A stretch of 64,000 nt of DNA, from NCBI GenBank assembly GCA_030265395.1, contig JARFYF010000084.1, positions 104,773,140 to 104,837,139 on the forward strand, in the 5' to 3' direction. Positions 50,101-61,711 of this stretch are shown piece after piece. The notes under the pieces are model-generated. The model made no database searches and was not told the origin of the DNA. It worked only from the letters and a program-made list of their open reading frames with translations. Numbering within the stretch: the first letter of the stretch is position 1; each line of letters begins with the position of its first letter. This DNA is from Rhina ancylostomus (lineage: Eukaryota). Position numbers and translations under genes: made by a program.

Positions 50101-52141
50101 AAATGAAATCCAAACTGTGCCTTAATAGGACTTTAGCTTTCGAAAATTGCTTATAGCTTTCATCATAGAACGAATGGCGTTGATATAATTATAGATGATA
50201 CAGAGTATAGATCTCTTTAAATATAATTCCTAATGCTTTGGTTCGTACTATGCGATGTGTTTTTTTTAGAATCTCAGTCAGTGCATGCGAACTTCTAAGA
50301 ACTATATCGGAGTTAGTGATAATATTCCGTAGCACAAATTCAGTAATCCAAAATGCATTATCGTTTTCCCAATAAATTAATTTATTCGCTCGCGGCTACC
50401 ACTGAAGTCATTGAACATGCATTCATTTATTCCAAGCGAAGATCTACAGTTCAAGGTTGAACACTGGCACCAAACGTTTTCAAGAACCGAAGGCTAAACG
50501 AATTCTGAAATGCCAGTTCTAAATTATTGCATTCTTTGCTTCTCTGTGGGTATCACGGAGATAACTATACAACTAATTTTGCTTAACTCTTTATCTTGCA
50601 ATAACTAAATAACAAGAAATGACTGGACAAGTCGACAAATCTGGGCGTCCCTTTCATTGCTTAAGGACTTCGCAGCACTTTTACCTGTTGTATTTGAGTT
50701 ACTTAAGGCCCAACAAAACGTATAACAGCCGAAATAAAAATTTGCACTACATTAATTTATTTGGAAAAAAAGTGTTAATTGTCGGTTATTCCCATAGACA
50801 TTATCTGTTTTGACTGCACCGAATGGTTACTTATAACTAATAAAACATTATTTCGTTGTCTTCCCCGTAAACAGAAATTTTGCAATTTTACACAAGATGC
50901 ATCCAGAAAAGTAATAATTAAACCAGCCTTGATCAGACACAATGTGGGTGGTTCTCTTCAAGTATTTTCCAACAAATGCTCGGTTGGATTTTGCAATAGC
51001 ATGCTGTGATTGGTTCGACTGCATCATGTGATGAATGTAGAATTTTATAATCCCTCGACATTTTGACAAATCGGCTTTCATGTTGCAAACAGTAAGCCCC
51101 GGATTGTTGTTTCGGGTGTATTTGGAAAATGCACCAGAGAATGCGTAGCTTAAGGTTGATCATTAGGCATCTAATATTAACTGGGTGTAAATGTAGCAAA
51201 ATAGACCGGTTACTTAAGGAAGTCCGTTTACCTCTCAATTAATAATTCCGAGTAAACATTTTCTATAATATCCACGATAAAGTTGCGTACTCTCTGCATG
51301 ATTGTGGAATTTATCTGTAATTCTGTATGTTAAAATGAAAAGTTGCGGTAGTTAACGTTTTTAATGAAGATCAAGTTATAGTTTTGCATGTCTACTGCCC
51401 TCAGCGAAAGACAGATTACGCAACATCACATGCAATTTCCTGTGGTTTATATTTAAAATCTATGTAGACTGCATGCTTTTAAATTCTCAGAACGTCGCGG
51501 AGAATTCCTTACTGTCATTTACACGGAACATCTAAGCGATCTCTTTAGTTTTGCAAGATAGAAGTGAAATTCCGCAAATACTTGACCGGATACAGTATAT
51601 AAGAGAGCATAGCTGTCCTGCCCAGAGCAGTTAGATATAGCAATAGATAAAGGTGAAATAATNNNNNCATGGATACATAAAGACAAAAATGTTGTACACG
51701 ACCGATCATTGATAATTTGAAGATTACTCTAAAGCCTTTTTATGTAGTTCGTAATTACAATAGTGAGGAATTTTACTTGATCAGTTTGTTTACACCTTCT
51801 TTAGCTGTAGCGGTTGAAATGTAATTGGAGGTGAAAGTTAAATCACAAAACATACAGCCACATCCCAATATTCATATGGATTCTAAATTCTCTCCTTTAG
51901 GATATTAGTAAATTATCAAACCTTGGCGGAGGAAATGTAATTTATGACGAGACATTGAAATTCGAACATTTTAAATAATTTACCCGAAATTTTCCAATAT
52001 GTTGACAATGTATAAATATTCCTTAGAGTTGCTGACCTATATTGGATGCTCCCAGCTCACTCGCTGCCGGTTTATTATGCATACAATCACGTTTGGTTGT
52101 TCGTGTTTCCAACGCTCATATAAATGAATGTCCGCAGATGT

Positions 52142-52158
52142 AACAGTAGATGGCGTAC
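52142..52158 (+). promoter_or_regulatory. CTCF-like motif between HoxA11 and HoxA13
   Basis: AACAGTAGATGGCGTAC. Confidence 0.5.
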
Positions 52159-53739
52159 TTGCTCTACATATACACCTCATGACTATTCATGAGCTGTTAA
52201 TCGTCAAGGTCAAAGACTATCTGTTTTCGTCAAGGTCAAGGTTTAAGCCACCCCCACCGCACCCCCCCCCCCATCGCCCTGTCTCCATGTACAAAGCAAA
52301 GACAGAGCGTGTATTTTTACTCAGAATATGGAAACACTTGTTTGTTGCTCTCAAACTTTCAGCATATATTAATACAAACTTAGAGGTCCAGCCTACAAAG
52401 ATTGTTGACATCAAAACCCTGAACCTTTATCTGGCCGTGACATTCTCCCATTTGAAAAAGAAGGCCGGGTATATCTGCTGATTGGCAAATTCCTCGGTTA
52501 TTTCTTAGAATGAAAGCATGGTTTCCACGCATTTGGAATATCTTGCTTCACAACAGGAAGAAATCTAATTAGCCCTTTTTGATTTTTTTTCCTTAGAAGT
52601 TCTTCGCTGGTCTCATGTTTCTTAACAAAAAATATGCGACGCTGTAGTTTATGAAGACTTTTTATTCGTGAAATAATTTGTTTTAATGCAAGTAATTCAG
52701 TAGATGATAAAAAGACAATAGGCTATACAGATTAAAAGCTGCATAATAGTAATGCAAGACATATCTTAATTTCATGATTATCATTCGTGATTTAACGTTG
52801 TAACTATAATTGGTTTATATATACCAAGCAAGAGGGGAGCATGCAGATATAACAATGCAGTATTTTTTAAATACAATTGCACGCAAATGTTGTCATCTTT
52901 AAGAAGAAAGCTGTGCGCCTTAAGCCTGTATGAAGATTAATGCGATGTGAGATGTGTAATATAACTAGCAGACAAAAAAAGGCTTCATATTTAGTTCATT
53001 TGCACGGGATGAGGTCTTCGACGTTTGCAAACATTTTTTTTCTTTCCGCTCTGTAGAAACTGACGGTCTGCACTGTAATTATGAAAAGCAAGGATGCTCT
53101 TAGGTATGTACATAAGAAGAAATGTAGAGTGCTGGAATTGTACGCATTCACGTTCCCATCTGCATTGCTACTTAGAATATATTCTTCCATCTCCCTGTAT
53201 ATTAATATCTTTAGAGATAGCGCATCCCTTCCAAAGAAAACGTAGTGCGTAAACATACTTTTTATTATACATTTCACGAAATATCCCATAGCTTACCTGA
53301 GGAAAAAAATAGCATGCACTCTAGTAGCTTTTTCTTAATAACTAAACCCTTTCAGCAAGTTTTCTTTAGGTGCTTTGATGGCATTTTGCGAAGGAACTCT
53401 GTGAATCAAAGTTTTACGATTATTCTTTCTAAGTGTTTCAGTTTATATGCACTCGACAATGTTTGCCACATTTGAAAATAGCAACCCTCTCGATTCTTGA
53501 ATCATCAGTTTGATTTATTTCTGGCAAATAATAATTTGTCTTAACAAGATATTTGTACCATGTGTCTCTTGGATTTTTATTTGTGTTTTGTGGGATGTTT
53601 TAAGAAAAGTAATGTTCAGGCAGAAAGAAAAAAATCTAGCATCAAGAAAATGAGCTGAGATGGTTTTTTTTCTTCAGGCTGAGATCAGATATGTTTTAAA
53701 ATTTTCACAATAAGTCCAAGTGTTTCTGGAATTGTCGCA

Positions 53740-53984
53740 CTAGCTGTTACTTTTCAGTTTGGTGAGAACTTTTTTTTCTTTGACTCGTCTGTTTTGAAAC
53801 CAAATAGTGACTTGTCTCTCAGAGAGGTTTGTCGATGCCGATATCCTCCTTCGCTTGTCCTTGGTGATGAATTTATTGGTAGCATATTCCCGCTCAAGTT
53901 CTTTCAACTGCACCTTGGTATAAGGCACCCTTTTCTTTCTCCCACGCCGAAAAGAGCTCGCATCCGAAGGATGCGAAACGACGT
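53740..53984 (-). CDS. HoxA13: HoxA13 exon 2 (homeodomain)
   Basis: The acceptor is tttctctccacag|AC. Encodes [81 protein letters not shown]. Total protein is 297 aa. Confidence 0.96.
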
Positions 53985-54375
53985 CTGTGGAGAGAAATGC
54001 ACACCTTTACTATCCCTGGCAGTTTAGCTCTCGTCGCCAAAAAAAGTTTCAAAGCAGAGACTGTCGCTGGAGTCAAGTTCAACATCACAGCATGGAGATG
54101 CTACTGGGATTGCATTTCATGAAATAAATGACATAGCAGCAAATATAATTTAATGCGTTCGAAGGTCGAAGGAATTATATAAAAATCATGCAAAGGAATA
54201 TTTAGGCAGGGACACTAAAATACAAGTGTAAATAATGTTGGGGGCATGGCGAATATCATTTCTTAATTGTGTTATCCAGCTAGCCGCACGTATTTGCACG
54301 TCAGACAAAATGCTTTCTCCCTTCATTGGACGGGTTTCGGTTATGGGGTGTGCATTAAGCTTTATCTATATTTAC

Positions 54376-55024
54376 CTGGCAGACTCGACTTCCAGAGGTG
54401 GGTGGCTTGAGGTTGCTCTTTCGAACAGCAAACTTGACCGTTCCACCCATTGGTGATTGCCCAGGGCTGGTAGCTCTCCATGGGTAATAATGTGTCGTGT
54501 CTCGGTTCTCCCGGAGCGCTGATGGTGGGGACCACAGGTACGTCCAAATAGCTGGGCATTGGTTGGTATGGCCCCGCGTAACCTTGATAGAAAGCAAACT
54601 CCTTAGCTCGGGTGGTGAATTCCTCGCCGGCGGACGTGTCCATGTATTTGTCGGCAGGATAGCCAGACAAGGTGGAGGGTTGCGCACAGGACTTAATGCT
54701 GCTATGGTGGCTCATGCGGCAGGGGTAGTAACTGCTCCCAAAGTATCCATAAGGAAGAGAAGCACTAGAGGAAGTTTGAGCAGCAGGACAAGGACTACAC
54801 TGTTTGACAGGTTCAACAATGCCAGAGACTGGTACTTCACTCGACGAGTAGGCAGAACTGGGGGCTAGGGATGCTGGATGGGCCATCAAATTCCTGCATT
54901 GATTTGCTGTGAAGTTCCCTCCTGAAAATCCATCCATGTTTTTATTAATTTCATCCAAATTATTGTCGTAGACGAACATCACCGTGTCGATCCAGCGGGG
55001 ATGAAGTATCACTGACGCTGTCAT
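54376..55024 (-). CDS. HoxA13: HoxA13 exon 1
   Basis: ATG at 55024 gives [21 protein letters not shown]. Contains [15 protein letters not shown] and [13 protein letters not shown]. The donor is CCA G|GTAAA at 54376/54375. Length is 649 nt (phase 1). Confidence 0.95.
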
Positions 55025-55038
55025 ATCACGTCCAACAT
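55021..55038 (-). other. uORF in the HoxA13 leader (5 aa), stop overlapping the main ATG
   Basis: ATG TTG GAC GTG ATA TGA. The TGA at 55023-55021 overlaps the ATG at 55024-55022. A further 17-aa uORF lies at 55109-55056. Confidence 0.6.
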
Positions 55039-55142
55039 TGAGACTAGTGGCCGTTTTAAAAGCCCCCAAGACTGAAAAGAGATACTGAATCTCTCAGACT
55101 TAGCAGCATTGACGCGCCAGTGTCGCTGAAACCTGCCTCCCT

Positions 55143-55165
55143 ATTGGCTGCGAGTTGTCCACGTG
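55143..55165 (-). promoter_or_regulatory. HoxA13 proximal promoter (E-box plus CCAAT)
   Basis: ATTGG at 55143-55147 and CACGTG at 55160-55165, with a 12-nt spacer. Confidence 0.6.
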
Positions 55166-56365
55166 ATATGCAAAGTAGCTGATAAACATCTGAAGAATAA
55201 AAAGGTAGATGTTCCATTAGTCTAATAAAGTAACGTTTGGATATTTACGTGAACGAGTAATTGGAATAAAATGCATATATCAAAATACTACAATTCCATC
55301 GGTGCACAAAATAAACCATTTTTATGGGAATTACATAGGTGCGTTTACATGAAAATGCCTGGCCATGCCAGTAAAAGCAATATTTTGCATATGCACAAAA
55401 GTACTCAATGTTAAATCTATTGTTTTTTTGCATTTAACAAAATAAATAATTCATGCTTTATGGGGGTTACGACGTAAAGGATTTTAAATCGGTTATCTGT
55501 GCATGTTCTTGATTATCGTGCCAAGAGTTGAGTTTACCTTTGAATAGATAATTTTACGGTTCATCCTTGTTATCATATGTATCTCCTATCAATTAAATGG
55601 GACTTTTTTTTGTCAAACCAGCTGCCGCTTGAGCAAAGCCTAGCTATAGGACAGGTTAGTGTTGTACCTTACAATATACAAATAAAATCACGAAGTGTTT
55701 TCAACTAATAGGAAAATAACGTTTGGAGAAATAGGTAGTAGCAGCAATTTTATAGTGAAAAGGAAACATCTGTATGACCTTTATATTGCTTCATGACATA
55801 ACTCGTTAAACCAAATAGTAATAATGCCGAAGAAAAGTCCAAAATTATTCCGGAGTGGATGCTTGATAAAACGTGATAATTATTTGAAAAAATCCATCTG
55901 TTCACTCTCTGTGTAATATTTGTAAATAAAGTGAGCACCGGACCAGTGCATGTTGAAATCAGTCATTTCGGAAACTGAACTCATCTTACAGAATAACAGA
56001 ATTTCCATTCGCCCAGAACAATTAAATTATTTGCATGTAATAGTAGTGGTGAAATTTCTAGCTATCTTAAAAATATATTAATATCAAAGGACATTTATAA
56101 GACAGATAAGAATATTGACTAAATCTTTTCCTGCCGTTTGCCAGCCGTGATCTTGAAGTTTTTTAAACAAATGTCAGTTTTCGATTCTTCCCCCGCTAAT
56201 GCAGTCGGTTTGTGGTAACTTACTTGCTGCAAAATGTGTATTCTCTGAACAGGAAGAGTATTCACGTAACTGATTTCAAATTAAAATATCAGTAAATGTG
56301 TTTTATGGGTAACTGGCACATTTAAGTACACGAGAAAGCGATAGAATTGTGAATTATTTAATACT

Positions 56366-56383
56366 ATCTGCCACCTGGTTGAA
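56366..56383 (-). promoter_or_regulatory. CTCF-like motif 5' of HoxA13
   Basis: The minus strand reads CAACCAGGTGGCAGAT. Confidence 0.45.
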
Positions 56384-59300
56384 TTTACTAAAATCCATAA
56401 ATATAATTTATTTTATATCTAACACAGTCTTAAAGCGTTATTTGATAGATTCAACTATATTATCGCTGTATTTAGAAGTAACTTGGTGAAATCTGGGAAG
56501 AGCATGGCCATAATCCGTCCTACTAAACGTAGATATCACATGACGAAGAAGAGTAGCTGGTAAAAATGAGCAACAAAAAAATTGGGACCAACACTATTCG
56601 CAGCAATGGGTCGTCACAAAAGGTGATCTTTAATTCAATTCTAGTCACTTACTTTGTACATGGGACCTTGTGGTAAGTGCAATCAAACTCATATCCTAAT
56701 AATCGACCTCGACAACCATGTTTCAGTCAGTCGTTGGCCTTGGTTCTTTGGCTGAAGACTTGATGCCTTTAAGTGATGCAGCTGCCTAGAACAATCATTT
56801 TATTATTGAAATGCATTTTTATTCTTTATAATCCCTGCCTTCCCCTCCCCCGCGTTCTCTATCACCCTCTTTCCTGCTTTAATTGCCCTTCTCTTTATTT
56901 TCTCACTTTTTTGCCCCTCACTCTTCAGATATAGGGGACAGGCAATCGTTAAAGAAGAAAATAATCATCCTTCTTTTAATCTTATTTTAGAAAATGGAAG
57001 TAATGCGAAGCTAAATGGTTTGGAGTCGCTGTTTCTTCACTGATGCGGACCATCGTTAGTAAAACAGAGAGGCTGTTATTCCAATTATATTGCATATAAA
57101 CACTCTCCGTCGACTTCCGTGACATGAAATACTATAATTAAAATAGTCTCTCCACTGTGTCTGGAGATTTTCCACATTATCTTTCCTTTGGATATCCAAA
57201 GTGTACAACATTTTCCAGTTTATAATTGCACAGATTATACTGAGATGGGTTTAAAACATTTCACGCTGCAGTGAAATATATAGCCAAGCTAAATCGGGAC
57301 TTTCTCAATACATCTTGTGAGATTATTCTTTCAAATCTATGACCATCTTACTCGGTGGGAGCTCGTTTAGTTTATACTCCAGTGATGATTATGTGATAAA
57401 ATGATTGGTACTCCAGTGTGTCTGTCACTGAATGACAAAGATTCGCTTCCTCGCAAAATTATTAGTCGGTCGATCTTATTAGTATTATTATTTAATGTAG
57501 TTGAAGAACCTTAATTTTTCCCGTGTATTATAAGCTAACGGTCTTACTAGAATTTGTTCTGATCATAAAATGTTTTGAAAGAGCACATCTTGATCCATAA
57601 TTATTCGGTTAATGCTTAATAACGCCGTATCTGCTCAGTTAATCTCAGCAGATACACAGAAGATGAGCTGCATTTAATTATGTAGATTTGTTCCACGTAA
57701 ATATCCATTTATCAGATAAATAGGTAGCATGGGCAAAGGCTGCGCTATGTTAGAATATATTTCAATCTGAATTCATTCGAGCCACAGTTTTATACAGCGA
57801 CGTTTCTGAATTGAACATTATTTAATCAAGAGAAGGCTGCCCCTCCCCCCCAAAAAAAATAATACACGTTGAATTGAAGCAAACATTCGTCTGCGCACTT
57901 GAGTGTAGGTTGGACCACCAGCGCCTTCCGCCTTGAAAGAGTGTTATGTTAAGGCATGGGAGCGATATAACTACAATCTGCAGCATATTCAAACGGACAC
58001 ATTGCAGATTATGCTACAAAATGGCAGCAACCAAATGGGCAGCTCTTTTACATACGGGTTAGACACGGCTAAAGGCCAAGGTCAAGTTGAAAGTTGCAGT
58101 CTAGCCAATGTGAGTGCTGTCATTCACGCGTTGACGACCATGTCTGAATTCTTATAAAGGCAAGCCGTGAGAATTGACTTTTTCATTGCCGTTTTGTTTG
58201 TTTTCCTTTGTTTTCACTCACAACCCTCCAAATGAAAAAAAAATCCACTGACCATACCGTCTTCATTTCCAGGCTGTTTCTGCATGGTTGGCAAAGGATG
58301 TGAAATGGATGCAGTCGCTTTGAGATACATTGCAAATTATACAGCATTACATCCGGTTTAAATGCACTGTTTACGAAACCTCTTGTTTTGAACTGAGTGC
58401 AGTACAGGCACGCCAGTGTGTGACTTGCAAAGGTAGCGGCATGTAGAGCATGCTGAACTATCATGATGAACACTGCGCCAAGTATTGAGGGCCATACTGC
58501 GGTGCCAGGAGATATCTCCAGGCTAGGTTTCAAACTATTTTTGGATCCGTACATCACCAATGAAAATCTTACACTCTGACAAAGTGCAACAACTACATGC
58601 CTANNNNNNNNNNNNNNNNNNNNNNNNNNNNNNNNNNNNNNNNNNNNNNNNNNNNNNNNNNNNNNNNNNNNNNNNNNNNNNNNNNNNNNNNNNNNNNNNN
58701 NNNATGCCTAAGAGGTAACTGTCTAAAAGGCATCTGTGCCATGAGGTAACTGTGCCGTATTCTGAATTACTCACGAATCGTAGTAAAGTTATTTTTAGAA
58801 CTTTGCAAGGTAACAATTTATTTTTATAACTATTGTCTGCTACTTCTGCTTTCAGAGATGTTGCAATGCATCCATGCATAAGCACTCGACCTCGTTGTTT
58901 GCTACGAGTTGTCAGCCGAGATCTTTTTGCTTTGCCCTTTCTGGATGATGTTGTGAATAATATCCATAATGTACGCCTGAATACTAAATGATCGCAAGGG
59001 CGAAACTGTAACCAAGTTGTGAGAACGTAGTGCACATTGGTTAATAAATCGATACCGTTAAAACACGTCAAAAACTATTTTCTAATATGAATATTCGTAT
59101 GATAACTCGTTTAATTGCATCAACATGCGGATATCATCTACAAATTTTTTTGCGGGGTGGTTCACTGGTATATTGACTTTCCATTCATAAAAAATGTTTA
59201 CGTGATCCAGAAGGCGTCTACTTCAATTCCCTTTTTTAAAATTCTGAATGTGATCTCCAAATCGCTCCATTCAAACATCTACTACCACTTATATGTATGA

Positions 59301-61481
59301 TTCTTTGAAGCAATAAGACTTGAAAAGAATCTGTTCAACATAAATACTCACTTATTTATCTGATAAATGGGTATTTATGTGGACACACTAACATCATGAC
59401 TGTTAGAACTGGATTTTCCTTCATTTTAAGCCATCAGAGCACCACAAAATTAAACATATTTGTACCATGTCATAAAAATATGTTTAGACCACACTGTGAG
59501 TTATAGCTCATATACTTTCTATTTAATTCAGAACTTACCGGAATTCCTTTTGGAAAATGTTAAGGTCGAAAGAGGCAAGTGTTCTCAAAGTTGCTCCTTC
59601 GTTTCTTTTTCGAACTACTGCCAAGTTAATGGAGAACTAATCCCCACTTCCTCTTGGGACTGTATTTAAAAAGATAATCATAATACGCACGCTATATCTT
59701 GATTTTCTTCTACCTTTACTATCAATGAATATTTACTAATAACATCTGACAATTTAATAGTTGTTAAATAGATAATTTAATAGGTGACAATTTGATTTCT
59801 GATTTTCTACTACAAAGGTCATATGATAAGTCATGCTATTTACAATTGAATAGCCACGATCCTTCCTTCACTGTGACTAAAAGTATCTCAAATTTCTAAT
59901 ACTACAGTTTAAAAAAAGTAAAGCAATGTCTTAACCCTACTAAAAATATTCATTGTATTCCTCCACTATGCATGTGTTACCTGTGATAACATTATTTATC
60001 CACTTTGGCCTAATCAATTGTAGTAAGTTATGTTATGTCATTTTCCTAAATCAATTAAATTGCAATGGTTTCAATTATTATATGTGTTATGAGTCACATA
60101 CGGTATATATTTTGCAGATATTTGATCAACACAGCACCTCCATAAATCAAATAAAAACTTGCCAAAATATTTCATGTTTCTTTTCTGAAACATTTTGAAA
60201 TATTATCCAGTAACGTGACTGAGATCAATCAAAATGATTAATCTCTCTTGTGGTCCATGAACTGCTCAATTTGCAATACTGTAACATTCATATCAATAAA
60301 TGTACGTACAGATAGAACATGGTTCTTTCGTCACTTATTGTTGTCTGCAACGTGCACATATTATTGATGCTGAAATATGCAGCTAGGTAGACTTCATATA
60401 TGTTTTGTGCATTATTGGAAAATCACTGTTGTCTGTGAGAGGCTCGGCATAGAATACATAGATATCATTAATGCTTGTTATTACTTCAGTTGTCAAGCTA
60501 AGAGTACAGTGACATAGAAAGATTTCACATCTGAATTGTGCTGCATTGATCACTGTCATGCGTTCAGAATGAGTCTGAAACTAACAGAGGTTTCCACATT
60601 TATTGATGTCACTCCAATTTTCAATGCAAAATCACATTCATCTACATTGAGAAACACGGTTTAAGGATGCAATCTACCAAATTGGAATTAATAGCAATAC
60701 TGAATTTTAGTATATATTTTACTTGGTTCTTCACACAGATGGGGGAGCAGTTTACACTTGTCATTAAGTCCTACCTTGATTGCATATTAAGTGTGCGAAC
60801 ATTTGAAATGAATGAACCTTTGGGAAGAAAAGGAAAATCAACTGCTTCCTAACAACCATTCATGGAACTTTTGCCATATGATTATCACTGGTATTATTAC
60901 AAGTAAATGAAACCTTTAACCAAAGGATGCAATTTTGTAAAGCAAATGACGACTTTTCCGTATATGCATTCCAACGAAGTACAACTGATTTATTTTTCTC
61001 AGCATAAAACTTGAAATGCGCACATAACTCATGTGCCTTGTTCTATTCGAAATTTGCCGCTAATTTAAATAGTTTGTAACCTTTACAGGGAAAATAATTT
61101 CCTTCAAAGAGATCTGTGCATATTTTCTGCATTAGATCGAGCTACAACGCCATTTCTGCTTTCTGGACATTCTTTTCTAAACATTCATCAGAGATAACTA
61201 AACAAAAGGGTATGGTTCTGTTTCAACACTGCAGTTAATAACTGCATTATTAGTTCCAGTTAGCTGGAGGCTAATGAGCCTCTTCTCTTTCTCATGCCGA
61301 ACCCGTAATCTGAATTTGCTCTATCATGAGAAATGTTACTTCCATTTTTTTTAAAACGCTCTACAATTTGATTTGGAGTCATGTAAGGAATATTTTTTCT
61401 TTTACTTCCCATTCAGAGGGCAACCCTCCTGATTTAGTCGCCTTATATCCTTCCCCATTACCTCACCCTCGCTCCCCCATC

Positions 61482-61483
<2 letters not shown>

Positions 61484-61528
<45 letters not shown>
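61484..61528. repeat. (CA)n microsatellite adjoining the HoxA14 homeobox relic
   Basis: About 22 CA units. Confidence 0.97.
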
Positions 61529-61530
<2 letters not shown>

Positions 61531-61544
61531 CCGCACACCACTAT

Positions 61545-61711
61545 CACCACCAATTCTGCACTAGTTCCTTTTGCTGTAATGTCTCAGGCATCACAAAGCA
61601 GGTTTCCTCGAAAGCACGGTCGGGTCTTGCAATTTGGGATTTGATNNNNNGGATTCTTCTACCTATGCTGAGCCCCTGGGTGGGCAGGCCAATGTGAACG
61701 ATTGCTCTGAG
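61545..61711 (-). pseudogene. HoxA14: HoxA14 pseudogene, relic of the exon carrying the 5' part of the homeobox
   Basis: There is an acceptor tcttatttattcacag|C at 61712/61711. The phase-1 frame reads QSNRSHWPAHPGAQHR*K (TAG at 61661-61659). After a frameshift it reads RI(P x)IKSQIARPDRAFEETCFVMPET, which aligns with the Hox14 homeodomain pattern recalled as R(I/V)PYSKxQIxELExAFEENRFLTPE. Position 5' of HoxA13 on the same strand fits. Confidence 0.8.

Noticed and set aside
55732-55739. TAGGTAGT miR-196 8mer-type match
   Set aside because: It lies upstream of the HoxA13 promoter and not in any evident 3' UTR.
55200-61400. Possible HOTTIP-like lncRNA 5' of HoxA13
   Set aside because: It cannot be recognised from sequence alone, and no diagnostic features were seen.
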